25,064 nt of DNA, taken from IMG/VR virus record IMGVR_UViG_3300032233_001855, positions 1 through 25,064 of that record; one strand, 5' to 3'. The position numbers and the translations under genes were made by a program. Source of the stretch: a virus. Taxonomy: Duplodnaviria; Caudoviricetes. Of the stretch, positions 18,043-25,064 are shown piece after piece; positions within the stretch are counted from its first letter, which is position 1, and every line of letters starts with the position of its first letter. The notes under the pieces are model-generated. The model was given only the letters and a program-made list of their open reading frames with translations. It had not been told where the DNA came from and did no database searches.

Positions 18043-18557
18043 CGTCCCAATGCAAATAGAAGGGTGATGAGAATCTTTCCAACGACCTGTCCTTCAACAA
18101 AGGCAAGCGACCCGAACGCGACAAGCAGGAAGATGGCACTATCGACAACGCTCCCGGCTAATCCAGAAGCAATGGTTGCCACCCATGCTGATTTCTTCCT
18201 AAGTGGTGTGTAGATTGCAAAATCACAAAGCTCGGACAATGCAAACGCACACGCGCTGGCAACCACCAATGGTGGAGGCGCAAGAATCGCTGTCAAGAAG
18301 ATGCCAGCGGCTATTGCAACGGATGCCCAGCGTGTGCCGTAGTAATCTTGCACAACATCGCGCAACCACAGCGATGCACCTACCATGAACACCCCGGATG
18401 GTGCCATCAATCCGAAACCGACCGGCAATAGCCGTGGGCCTCCATCTTGCATTGCCCATCCGACATGCACGAGCATCAGGTTTGCGCCAGGTATTGTCAG
18501 AACGTATCCGGCAAAAGCAAGGATTCCAAGCCAATTGGATGCCTTCGGCAATCTCAC
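18027..18557 (-). CDS. VUT/YhhQ-family queuosine-precursor (preQ0/preQ1) transporter
   Basis: Multi-TM; LRDVVQD.YG, AS..AF..SEL.DFAIY..LR, SG..GSVVDSAIF..AF, GQVVGK; GTG 18557 overlaps the upstream stop. Confidence 0.85.
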   Translation of the reverse strand: MRLPKASNWLGILAFAGYVLTIPGANLMLVHVGWAMQDGGPRLLPVGFGLMAPSGVFMVGASLWLRDVVQDYYGTRWASVAIAAGIFLTAILAPPPLVVASACAFALSELCDFAIYTPLRKKSAWVATIASGLAGSVVDSAIFLLVAFGSLAFVEGQVVGKILITLLFALGRWKFS

Positions 18558-18853
18558 TCCCGTCGCCTCAGTTCCGCAGTGATCATCCGCACTAGTTGCG
18601 CCATCGTCGTTGGCTGCACTCCGATGATGGCCCACGTCTCATACGCGACGTGCCTTGTCAGGTACTCGCAAGCAACAAAGGTGATGAGTGAGTGCCACTC
18701 AAGAGGATCCTTCACATTGTTTGGAATCACGCCACCGAAGCCCATCCGCACGTGGAAAACCACATCATTGACAAAATGTATCCAACCGTAATAGACAAGC
18801 GGAACCGGCTCCCACGCACCAGGAATCCCATCGTATTTGATCTGTACGCTCAG
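18554..18853 (-). CDS. Hypothetical protein (start uncertain)
   Basis: Fills the gap between the HTH gene and the VUT gene. The frame extends to 18970; the best-coupled start is CTG at 18853. Confidence 0.55.
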   Translation of the reverse strand: MSVQIKYDGIPGAWEPVPLVYYGWIHFVNDVVFHVRMGFGGVIPNNVKDPLEWHSLITFVACEYLTRHVAYETWAIIGVQPTTMAQLVRMITAELRRRE

Positions 18854-19509
18854 ATCGTCTCCAAGGTCTCTCCCAGCATCCGAGCCAGCAGACCATCCAC
18901 GTGATCCACCAAAGTCTGCGGTGCCTTGCCCATTTCCACTTCGCATAGTTGTTCCTTTGTCAGACCGCACTGATCCGCTACAAATGCCGAACTCAGGTAG
19001 CCAGCAAGCCTGCGCCGGCGAATTGATCGACCGCGCATCGTCATCTCATCCTCCGCGGTCCTGGAGTTGCCGACCCGGATGCCATCCACCCTTGAGCGTG
19101 GATGAAGCGTGGGAAGGTGCTTGATGGACTCCGCAACCTTCAGGTACTTTGAGATGTCCCGTTCCCGTCCCTGAGTCAGTGCGTCCAGTGTCTCCACCCG
19201 GACATCCAGCATGGTGGCTAGGGATTTCCATGACACCATGTGCCACCGGCGTTTCCGCTTCAACAGATCTCGTATTGCGTTTGCCTTCCGGCAACTCTCG
19301 ATGCCACCGCGCATCGTGATCTCGTTGATGTACCACCCCCGAACTCGCTCAAGTTGGGCAGGATCATCGCCACTGCACCACTGCACAAATTCGGGGTTCC
19401 TTACCCTGAGTGACTGGCGGACGCTGTCGCGCGTGAACCCAAGGATTTCATGCAGTTCCGATACCGTAAGTGCGTCGCAACCATGCGTCGGTAACGGCGG
19501 CAAGCTCAT
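18850..19509 (-). CDS. Tandem XRE-like helix-turn-helix protein
   Basis: Two HTH-like units (SWKSLATMLDVRVETLDALTQG; LSSAFVADQCGLTKEQLCEVEMG); GAGGAG precedes ATG 19509. Confidence 0.6.
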   Translation of the reverse strand: MSLPPLPTHGCDALTVSELHEILGFTRDSVRQSLRVRNPEFVQWCSGDDPAQLERVRGWYINEITMRGGIESCRKANAIRDLLKRKRRWHMVSWKSLATMLDVRVETLDALTQGRERDISKYLKVAESIKHLPTLHPRSRVDGIRVGNSRTAEDEMTMRGRSIRRRRLAGYLSSAFVADQCGLTKEQLCEVEMGKAPQTLVDHVDGLLARMLGETLETI

Positions 19510-19672
19510 CTGTCTCGGTCTCCTCCAACAACGCAAGCAGTGACGCCAGCACCACGTCAGGGGCGCTGGTCGACACATGAACCCGCCATACCTGCTTGTC
19601 CATCAGTATCTGCCGTTGCCGGCCCTTGCCGGCTTTCGACATCTTGAGGCTGTCAGGCGAGAATTTCGGCAT
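19448..19672 (-). CDS. Small hypothetical protein
   Basis: MPKFSPDSLK...LRRTYGIGTA*; bridges and overlaps both neighbours. Confidence 0.45.
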   Translation of the reverse strand: MPKFSPDSLKMSKAGKGRQRQILMDKQVWRVHVSTSAPDVVLASLLALLEETETDELAAVTDAWLRRTYGIGTA

Positions 19673-20393
19673 TCCGGTATTTCCCGGCAATTCCCAGCAG
19701 TTTTGGCCGGAAAACCTCCCAGAATCCATCGAAATCATCAGGAACCGGGCAAGTCTCCCCAAGCGCCCCTGAAGGACCCTCCATCCAAGTAAGGACAAGA
19801 CGACCCTGATCATCAGGGTGCATTACTGCCGGCACCCCGAATTCAAGATCCACGGCAAGCGAGACGAATGCGCCGATCCCGTTTCCGGCCAGTGCATCGT
19901 CGACGTTGTGCCCCGCACCCTCAAGGGATGCCACGAGGATTTCCCTCGTCTCACGCATCTCCTCCGTGATCACCACGCTGATCTCACGGGAAGCATCGGT
20001 CAGGCGATCGACGAGCAACTGGGCACGGACATGACCCTGCACGGCCTCGGCAAGAGCCTTGACATCCTGGGTGCGGTACCAGCGCAGACGAGCCTCGTGG
20101 TTTGTCGCCACTTGCGCCTCTAGCCAGTGCTGCATCTCCTGCGGGTACGGTATTGCGGTTCTCATCCTGCCCTCCTCAAAGCGTCGTTTCAATGCGACGA
20201 CAAACGCCCTGTTTGCACCACGCTCCATGTTATGTCGCGTGATGTTGTTATCCTCGTCCTGTCTGCCGGGTAGCGTATCACGTCGGCAAGACTGGCATGT
20301 AGTAGCAGGTTCATCCCCTACACGATGCATCGTACCGTATCGTGAGCCGCACTGCAAGCACGTCCGCCAAGTGCAACTCCATGTAGCCATCAT
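19653..20393 (-). CDS. Hypothetical protein with an N-terminal Zn ribbon
   Basis: CLQC...CQSC followed by a helical region; first gene of the leftward arm. Confidence 0.6.
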   Translation of the reverse strand: MMATWSCTWRTCLQCGSRYGTMHRVGDEPATTCQSCRRDTLPGRQDEDNNITRHNMERGANRAFVVALKRRFEEGRMRTAIPYPQEMQHWLEAQVATNHEARLRWYRTQDVKALAEAVQGHVRAQLLVDRLTDASREISVVITEEMRETREILVASLEGAGHNVDDALAGNGIGAFVSLAVDLEFGVPAVMHPDDQGRLVLTWMEGPSGALGETCPVPDDFDGFWEVFRPKLLGIAGKYRNAEILA

Positions 20394-20398
20394 GCGTT

Positions 20399-20406
20399 AG
20401 TATACT
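20399..20406. promoter_or_regulatory. Palindromic -10 element (AGTATACT) between the divergent arms
   Basis: Gives TATACT on both strands within a 26-bp divergent gap; no clear -35 on either side. Confidence 0.5.
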
Positions 20407-20419
20407 GTCAGCGCACCGT

Positions 20420-20653
20420 ATGCTGCTGGCCCGGAGGAACCAAGTGGAACGGGTACGATTGCTCTTTCTGGCCTACCTGACGCTGTTCGTCGTGGGCACC
20501 GCCGAGATGATCTGGTTCATCGTGCTTGTCACGGTGAACGTGATTGACGAGGCGTTCCGCCGCTTTGTTGCCAGCCGCTATGGTTGGCTCTTCACCATCA
20601 TTGGGATGGCGTACTACTTGGAGGTTGTATATGGGTCGGGAACTTGCCCCTAG
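20420..20653 (+). CDS. Small membrane protein
   Basis: Long hydrophobic segments; first ORF of the rightward arm; no obvious RBS. Confidence 0.5.
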   Translation: MLLARRNQVERVRLLFLAYLTLFVVGTAEMIWFIVLVTVNVIDEAFRRFVASRYGWLFTIIGMAYYLEVVYGSGTCP

Positions 20654-21302
20654 GCCGTCCGGTGCGGATGCACTTGAAGCCGTCATTGCTGCTGGCGATC
20701 TGAACAACCTGTCCGCGTCACAACGCCTCGACCTGTACCAGCGGACGTGCGACACCCTCGGACTGAACCCACTCACTCGACCGCTTGAGTACCTCAAGCT
20801 CCAGGGCCGGACCATCATGTATGTACGCAAGGAAGCGTGCGACCAACTCAGGCGCATCCATTCGATCACGATCCAGATCGTCGAACGCGTGATCGAGAAT
20901 GATGTATTGACGGTGGTTGCGCGTGCCTCGACCCCAGAGGGCCGGTGTGATGAGGAGATAGGATCCGTGTCGGTGGCCGGGTTGCGTGGTGAAGCACTCG
21001 CCAACGCACAGATGAAGGCGCTGACGAAGGCGAAGCGTCGTGCAACCCTGTCGATCTGCGGGCTTGGATTCCTTGACGAGACCGACAGTGAAGCTGTCGC
21101 GACGGTTGCGGTTCCTGCCCTGGCAGTGCCCAGCAGACCACAGAAGTCGCCGGCGGAGTATTACCGGGAACTGGCTATCGTAGCCGAGGAAAAGGGTCTC
21201 GCCGAACACATCCTGCCGATTGATGACGACATGCCGGCGGATGAGATCCGTGAGGCATATACCTTCCTGAAGAAAGCCATTGCATCCAATGCAAGTGCAT
21301 GA
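20631..21302 (+). CDS. Single-strand annealing protein (RecT/Bet/Rad52-like)
   Basis: C..LGLNPL, NAQMKALTKAKRRA..SICGLG..DE; GGAGG precedes ATG 20631. Confidence 0.78.
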   Translation: MGRELAPRPSGADALEAVIAAGDLNNLSASQRLDLYQRTCDTLGLNPLTRPLEYLKLQGRTIMYVRKEACDQLRRIHSITIQIVERVIENDVLTVVARASTPEGRCDEEIGSVSVAGLRGEALANAQMKALTKAKRRATLSICGLGFLDETDSEAVATVAVPALAVPSRPQKSPAEYYRELAIVAEEKGLAEHILPIDDDMPADEIREAYTFLKKAIASNASA

Positions 21303-21957
21303 GAGTGCTGAATCGACCGAGCTTCGGGCTGCATTGCGTGACGGATGCGAACGTGCGTGGACGGCGATCTACGAACGCTATACCCCGAAACTGATTACCT
21401 ATGCGCTGGCGACATGCCAGTACCGTTGGCGGTACGACGTTGAAGCGATCGTTGCAGCGGTCTGGCTGTCCACTTGGAACCGGCGCGACAAACTGGATGA
21501 CAACATCTTGCTTCCGCACCGCTTCCACGGCTACCTGCAACTTGGGGTCCTGAACCACATCCGCACGCAATCGCGGAGGGATACGTTCAGGCAGGAACTG
21601 CCGATGGCATCCTACAGGAAGCTTATCGAGGAGGGCCAGGGTGATGAGGAGGATTTCACCACGCTGATTGAGATCATTGGTGGCCGGATCGAATCCGCCC
21701 CAAACCCTGCCGAGCTGTTCGAGAGAGCCGAGACGGTTGCCGAGGTGCGCGAGATCCTCCACGAGATGGCTACCGATCCGTGGCACGGCAACGAGACGCG
21801 CGGGCAAGTGCTTATGCTCGCGCATGGTAACGGGTTGAGCTACGAGGAGGCCGCAGAAAAACTGGGCATCTCGTTCTGCGGAGTAAAAACCAAGATATTC
21901 CGGGCACGCCGTTCGTTCACAAGGAAGTGGAACGAGAAACACGGGGGATTGGTGTGA
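21289..21957 (+). CDS. ECF-type sigma-70 factor
   Basis: Region 2 (AWTAIYERY.PKL..YA...FHGYL...NH) and region 4.2 (GLSYEEAAEKLGIS..GVKTKIFRAR). Confidence 0.88.
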   Translation: MQVHESAESTELRAALRDGCERAWTAIYERYTPKLITYALATCQYRWRYDVEAIVAAVWLSTWNRRDKLDDNILLPHRFHGYLQLGVLNHIRTQSRRDTFRQELPMASYRKLIEEGQGDEEDFTTLIEIIGGRIESAPNPAELFERAETVAEVREILHEMATDPWHGNETRGQVLMLAHGNGLSYEEAAEKLGISFCGVKTKIFRARRSFTRKWNEKHGGLV

Positions 21958-22457
21958 GAATTCCTCGAGCAATCAGGCAGGCAAACGCACCCAAGGCGCA
22001 GAAGCCTGCCATTGAACTGGACATCGATCCGACCGAGGCATGGATTCGGTGGGCATCCGGCCTGCATCTGTCACCGAGGTTCGACCGGTTTGCATACGAC
22101 GTCGCGTTCCTGACGCATTTGGTCAACCTCATTGGTGAGGATCCAGAATGCATTGAGGACGAGATCGAGACCATCGAGGCTGATGCGCCTGCTGTTGATG
22201 ACCGACCAATGCATCAAGGCACAGGAAACACCAAGGGTGTCCAGGCGCACCATATGAAGGCGTGGCTGCAAATTGTGAACCTATCCCGGCAAGCTGGTTC
22301 GGATCTTCTCGGCTGGCACCGTTCATCGATCGTCAAGGCCCTTAGTGGGGAACGCAACGTCACTGAGGGACAGGCGGTGCGGTTCCTTGAAGTACTTGCA
22401 AAGTTGGACGACTGGCAACGGTTGCAGTACTTTGCGATGGTGAAGGGGATGGAATGA
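21954..22457 (+). CDS. Hypothetical protein, possible C-terminal HTH
   Basis: GTGA/ATGA coupling on both sides; LSRQAGSDLLGWHRSSIVKALSGER is HTH-like. Confidence 0.55.
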   Translation: MRIPRAIRQANAPKAQKPAIELDIDPTEAWIRWASGLHLSPRFDRFAYDVAFLTHLVNLIGEDPECIEDEIETIEADAPAVDDRPMHQGTGNTKGVQAHHMKAWLQIVNLSRQAGSDLLGWHRSSIVKALSGERNVTEGQAVRFLEVLAKLDDWQRLQYFAMVKGME

Positions 22458-23815
22458 GGTACTTGAGTGTCTGTTCCGGGGTCGGCACTGACCACATTGC
22501 GTGGGAGGGTCTCGGGTGGGAGTGCGTTGGGTTCAGTGAGATCGAACCGTTTCCTTCAGCAATTCTGGCGCATCGGTATCCGGGAGCAAGGAACTATGGC
22601 GACTTCACGACGATCCCTGCCGACATCGGTTCAATCGACCTTTTGGTTGGAGGAACCCCCTGTCAATCTTTCTCCGTTGCCGGACAGCGTGCAGGGCTTG
22701 ACGATCCACGGGGAAATCTCACCCTTGAGTTTGCGCGACTGGCTCGCCGGGTACGCGCTCGCTGGATCGTCTGGGAGAACGTCCCTGGCGTCCTTAGCAG
22801 TGATGGGGGAAGGGATTTCGCTGCAATCCTCACAGCGTTTCGGGAGTGCGGGTATAGCGTCTGCTACCGGGTGCTGGACGCTCAACACTTCGGAGTACCC
22901 CAGCGACGCCGTCGCGTCTTCGTTGTCGGATATTTTGGAGACGACTGGCGACCATCTGCCGAAGTACTTCTTGAGCAAGCAAGCATGCGCGGGGATTCTC
23001 CGAAGGGCGGAACGAAGGGGCAAGAAGTTGCCGGAACGCTTGGCGGAGGCTCTGGAAGCCGTGGTTGGAGCAGCGACCTAGACCGCACGACGTTCATCCC
23101 GGTTGAGGTTGATGCGTCAAGGGTGAATGGATGCGTCACCACCACCTATGGAAGCAAGAACTATTCCAATCATGAAGAAGTCATGTCAGGCAGTCTGGTG
23201 AGTGGCGCATGGGTTCCAATGCCGTTTGACTTGGCTCAAATCACGTCGAAGCTCAACTATTCCCAAGCTCGCCCCGGCGACCCGGTACCTCCGCTGAACA
23301 CGGTCAGTCAGATGCATGTAGCTCTTGCGGTCAAGACCGCACAGACGTCCTCGAATGGCATCGGTGTGGCCGAGGACGTGGCGTACACGCTTGACGGGGC
23401 GCAGGGACAGGCAATCGCGTTCAGCGCCAAGGATCACGGCGGCGACGCCGGCCCGCTTAGCCCGACGCTCCGGCCAGGAACCCACGACGCCAGCCATGCG
23501 AATGGCGGGGTCATGCCCGCGCTAGTACATCAGAACAAAACCAATAACGTTTCGGTTCTCGATTATTCGCCAAGCCTGCGATCTGGTGCCAGTCACAATA
23601 GTCACCTAGCACTATCAACGGTCGTGCGCCGTCTGACACCTAGGGAGTGCGAACGCTTGCAAGGGTTGCCGGATGACTGGACATTGGTTCCGTATCGTGG
23701 CAAGCCTGCTGCTGATGCACCCCGGTACAAGGCGATTGGGAACGGGATGGCTGTGCCGGTGCTGCGGTGGATTGGACAGAGGATTGCAATGGTTGAGGGA
23801 GAGATGAACGCATGA
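22454..23815 (+). CDS. DNA (cytosine-5) methyltransferase
   Basis: Motif I CSGVG, IV GGTPCQSFS, VI WENVPG, VIII PQRRRRVF, IX RRLTPRECERLQG, X GNGMAVPV. Confidence 0.95.
   Translation: MRYLSVCSGVGTDHIAWEGLGWECVGFSEIEPFPSAILAHRYPGARNYGDFTTIPADIGSIDLLVGGTPCQSFSVAGQRAGLDDPRGNLTLEFARLARRVRARWIVWENVPGVLSSDGGRDFAAILTAFRECGYSVCYRVLDAQHFGVPQRRRRVFVVGYFGDDWRPSAEVLLEQASMRGDSPKGGTKGQEVAGTLGGGSGSRGWSSDLDRTTFIPVEVDASRVNGCVTTTYGSKNYSNHEEVMSGSLVSGAWVPMPFDLAQITSKLNYSQARPGDPVPPLNTVSQMHVALAVKTAQTSSNGIGVAEDVAYTLDGAQGQAIAFSAKDHGGDAGPLSPTLRPGTHDASHANGGVMPALVHQNKTNNVSVLDYSPSLRSGASHNSHLALSTVVRRLTPRECERLQGLPDDWTLVPYRGKPAADAPRYKAIGNGMAVPVLRWIGQRIAMVEGEMNA
22596..23081 (+). CDS. Nested +1-frame ORF inside the C5 methyltransferase gene (possible second subunit)
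   Basis: Frame open 22467-23081; ATG 22596 follows GGGAGCAAGGAA; C-terminus LSDILE...KYFLS..ACAGILRRAERRGKKLP looks like real protein. Confidence 0.65.
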   Translation: MATSRRSLPTSVQSTFWLEEPPVNLSPLPDSVQGLTIHGEISPLSLRDWLAGYALAGSSGRTSLASLAVMGEGISLQSSQRFGSAGIASATGCWTLNTSEYPSDAVASSLSDILETTGDHLPKYFLSKQACAGILRRAERRGKKLPERLAEALEAVVGAAT

Positions 23816-24552
23816 ACGAGACGAAGGCAGTCACGCGAACATTGGAGGACATTCAGCCAGTCCCATACACGTTGGCTGGGCATTGGGAGCGGTTGCTAGC
23901 CGAGGCACGGGAGGTTTACCGCACTCTTGTGGCACGGCAGGCGAATGATCGGTTTGCGGAAGCGATCAAGCTGACGGCATCGCGTCTGGAATTTGACATT
24001 GCCGGCCACCTGTGCAGGCACGTCATCGAGGCGCGGTTCCAACGCAACCTCGACCGGGCGTGCGAACAAAGTGGCCGTGCGTCGATACCCGGTCTTGGCA
24101 GTGTGGTGGTGAGTGCCCGCCTCGGCGAGATCAGTTCCTGCGATGAGGCGTGCAAGGAGAGCATGCCCAATGCCGAGAAGGTACTTGGCCTGGTGAGGCT
24201 CGGTCGGAAGCTTCCGGCGGATCATCCCACGTGGGAGCCATACTCCCTCGATTTGCGCGACTGGGCAGACCGCAAGGGATTGCAGATGGTCGATGTCCTT
24301 TGCCTGATTGCCTCAATGTCTCCGAAGTCGAGCAATCGCATCGAGTCGGATCGTGCATGGCACGTCACCTTGCCACAGGCAATCGAGGAAGCCGGAGTGA
24401 GGTGGATAGTCATCCCGAGGTTCACTCCGGGATTCAAGTCCAACATCAACTCGGCATGGTGCATCGCCCACAATGTAGGGCTGATCGAGGCGTTCCCGAG
24501 GATTGCCGGCAAGCACATCCGCTTCCCATTGCGCGAGATGGGGTTTGATTGA
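23812..24552 (+). CDS. Hypothetical protein
   Basis: ATGA overlap, 246 aa, no family recognised. Confidence 0.6.
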   Translation: MNETKAVTRTLEDIQPVPYTLAGHWERLLAEAREVYRTLVARQANDRFAEAIKLTASRLEFDIAGHLCRHVIEARFQRNLDRACEQSGRASIPGLGSVVVSARLGEISSCDEACKESMPNAEKVLGLVRLGRKLPADHPTWEPYSLDLRDWADRKGLQMVDVLCLIASMSPKSSNRIESDRAWHVTLPQAIEEAGVRWIVIPRFTPGFKSNINSAWCIAHNVGLIEAFPRIAGKHIRFPLREMGFD

Positions 24553-24554
24553 AG

Positions 24555-24571
24555 TGTGCCAAGGTGGCACA
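24555..24571. promoter_or_regulatory. Inverted repeat, candidate operator upstream of the replication gene
   Basis: TGTGCCA-AGG-TGGCACA perfect 7-bp arms in an intergenic gap. Confidence 0.4.
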
Positions 24572-24605
24572 TGTTAACAGAACTGATAAGTGAAAGAATG
24601 ATCAG

Positions 24606-25064
24606 GTGAAGAAGATCTTTATTTCCACGACGATGGGACTTGATGAGGCAGTGCTTGCGGTTGCGGATGAGGATCCGATGGCGGCGATGTTCTGGCCGTG
24701 GTTGCTCTGTGCGTTGGACGATTGGGGTCGTGCGTCGTCGAACCCCCGGACGATCAAGGCGCAGGTGGTCCCGTCGTTTGCTTCCATCACGCCGGATCAC
24801 ATTGCCGGGTGGATTGCGCTCTACGAACGGCACGGACTGGTGACGGTCTACGGTCCGGCACTGGCGGTGTCAGGGGATGCGTGGCGGAGGTACCAGACGC
24901 AGATACCCAACTCCAAGCGCGAGAAGGAAGGTTCGAGACTGCCTCCGCCACCAATCCGCGCTAGTTCTAGCGAGAACGCGCTAGTTTGCGCTAGTTCTAG
25001 CGAGAACGCGCTAGTTTGCGCTAGTTCTAGCGAGAACGCGCTAGTTTGCGCTAGTTCTAGCGAG
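24606..25064 (+). CDS. Phage replication initiator / replisome organiser (N-terminal part, runs off the window)
   Basis: My translation from GTG 24606: MKKIFISTTMG...FWPWLLCALDDWGR..NPRTIKAQ..P...WRRYQ...SRLPPPP. The DD.GR motif is typical of these initiators. Not in the ORF track because it has no stop. Confidence 0.75.
   Translation, partial: MKKIFISTTMGLDEAVLAVADEDPMAAMFWPWLLCALDDWGRASSNPRTIKAQVVPSFASITPDHIAGWIALYERHGLVTVYGPALAVSGDAWRRYQTQIPNSKREKEGSRLPPPPIRASSSENALVCASSSENALVCASSSENALVCASSSE
24958..25064 (+). repeat. Perfect 30-bp tandem repeat (3 copies plus 17 bp), probable iteron array
   Basis: GCGCTAGTTCTAGCGAGAACGCGCTAGTTT at 24958, 24988, 25018 and partial at 25048. Confidence 0.92.

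Noticed and set aside
16213-20393. Lysogeny module (integrase, att site)
   Set aside because: No tyrosine or serine recombinase motifs seen; lifestyle cannot be determined from this window.
21175-21972. 265-aa antisense ORF opposite the sigma factor
   Set aside because: No motifs; fully explained as the shadow of the plus-strand gene.
24958-25064. Possible CRISPR array
   Set aside because: Repeats are contiguous with no spacers, lie inside a reading frame, and no cas genes are present.
1-25064. Stop-codon reassignment
   Set aside because: TAA, TAG and TGA all end genes at sensible, tightly packed positions.

Overview
A 25-kb slice of a high-GC tailed phage or prophage with siphovirus-type gene order. 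Bases 1-15.4 kb (+) hold the late genes: probable portal C-terminus, HK97 prohead protease and major capsid protein, connector/neck proteins, tail tube, a tail chaperone with a -1 frameshift, a 1116-aa tape measure protein, tail-tip and Gly-rich fibre genes, and a lysis block (SLT transglycosylase, M23 peptidase, holin-like proteins). An ssb gene follows between two terminators. The 16.2-20.4 kb (-) arm carries an overlapping cassette of a VUT/YhhQ-type queuosine-precursor transporter, a TGT/DpdA-like transglycosylase and an N4C/N6A DNA methyltransferase, plus HTH, RHH and Zn-finger proteins. The 20.4-25.06 kb (+) arm carries a single-strand annealing protein, an ECF sigma factor, a C5 cytosine methyltransferase with a nested alternative-frame ORF, and a replication initiator that runs into a perfect 30-bp tandem repeat (probable origin). 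All family calls come from motifs recognised by eye; no searches were run.
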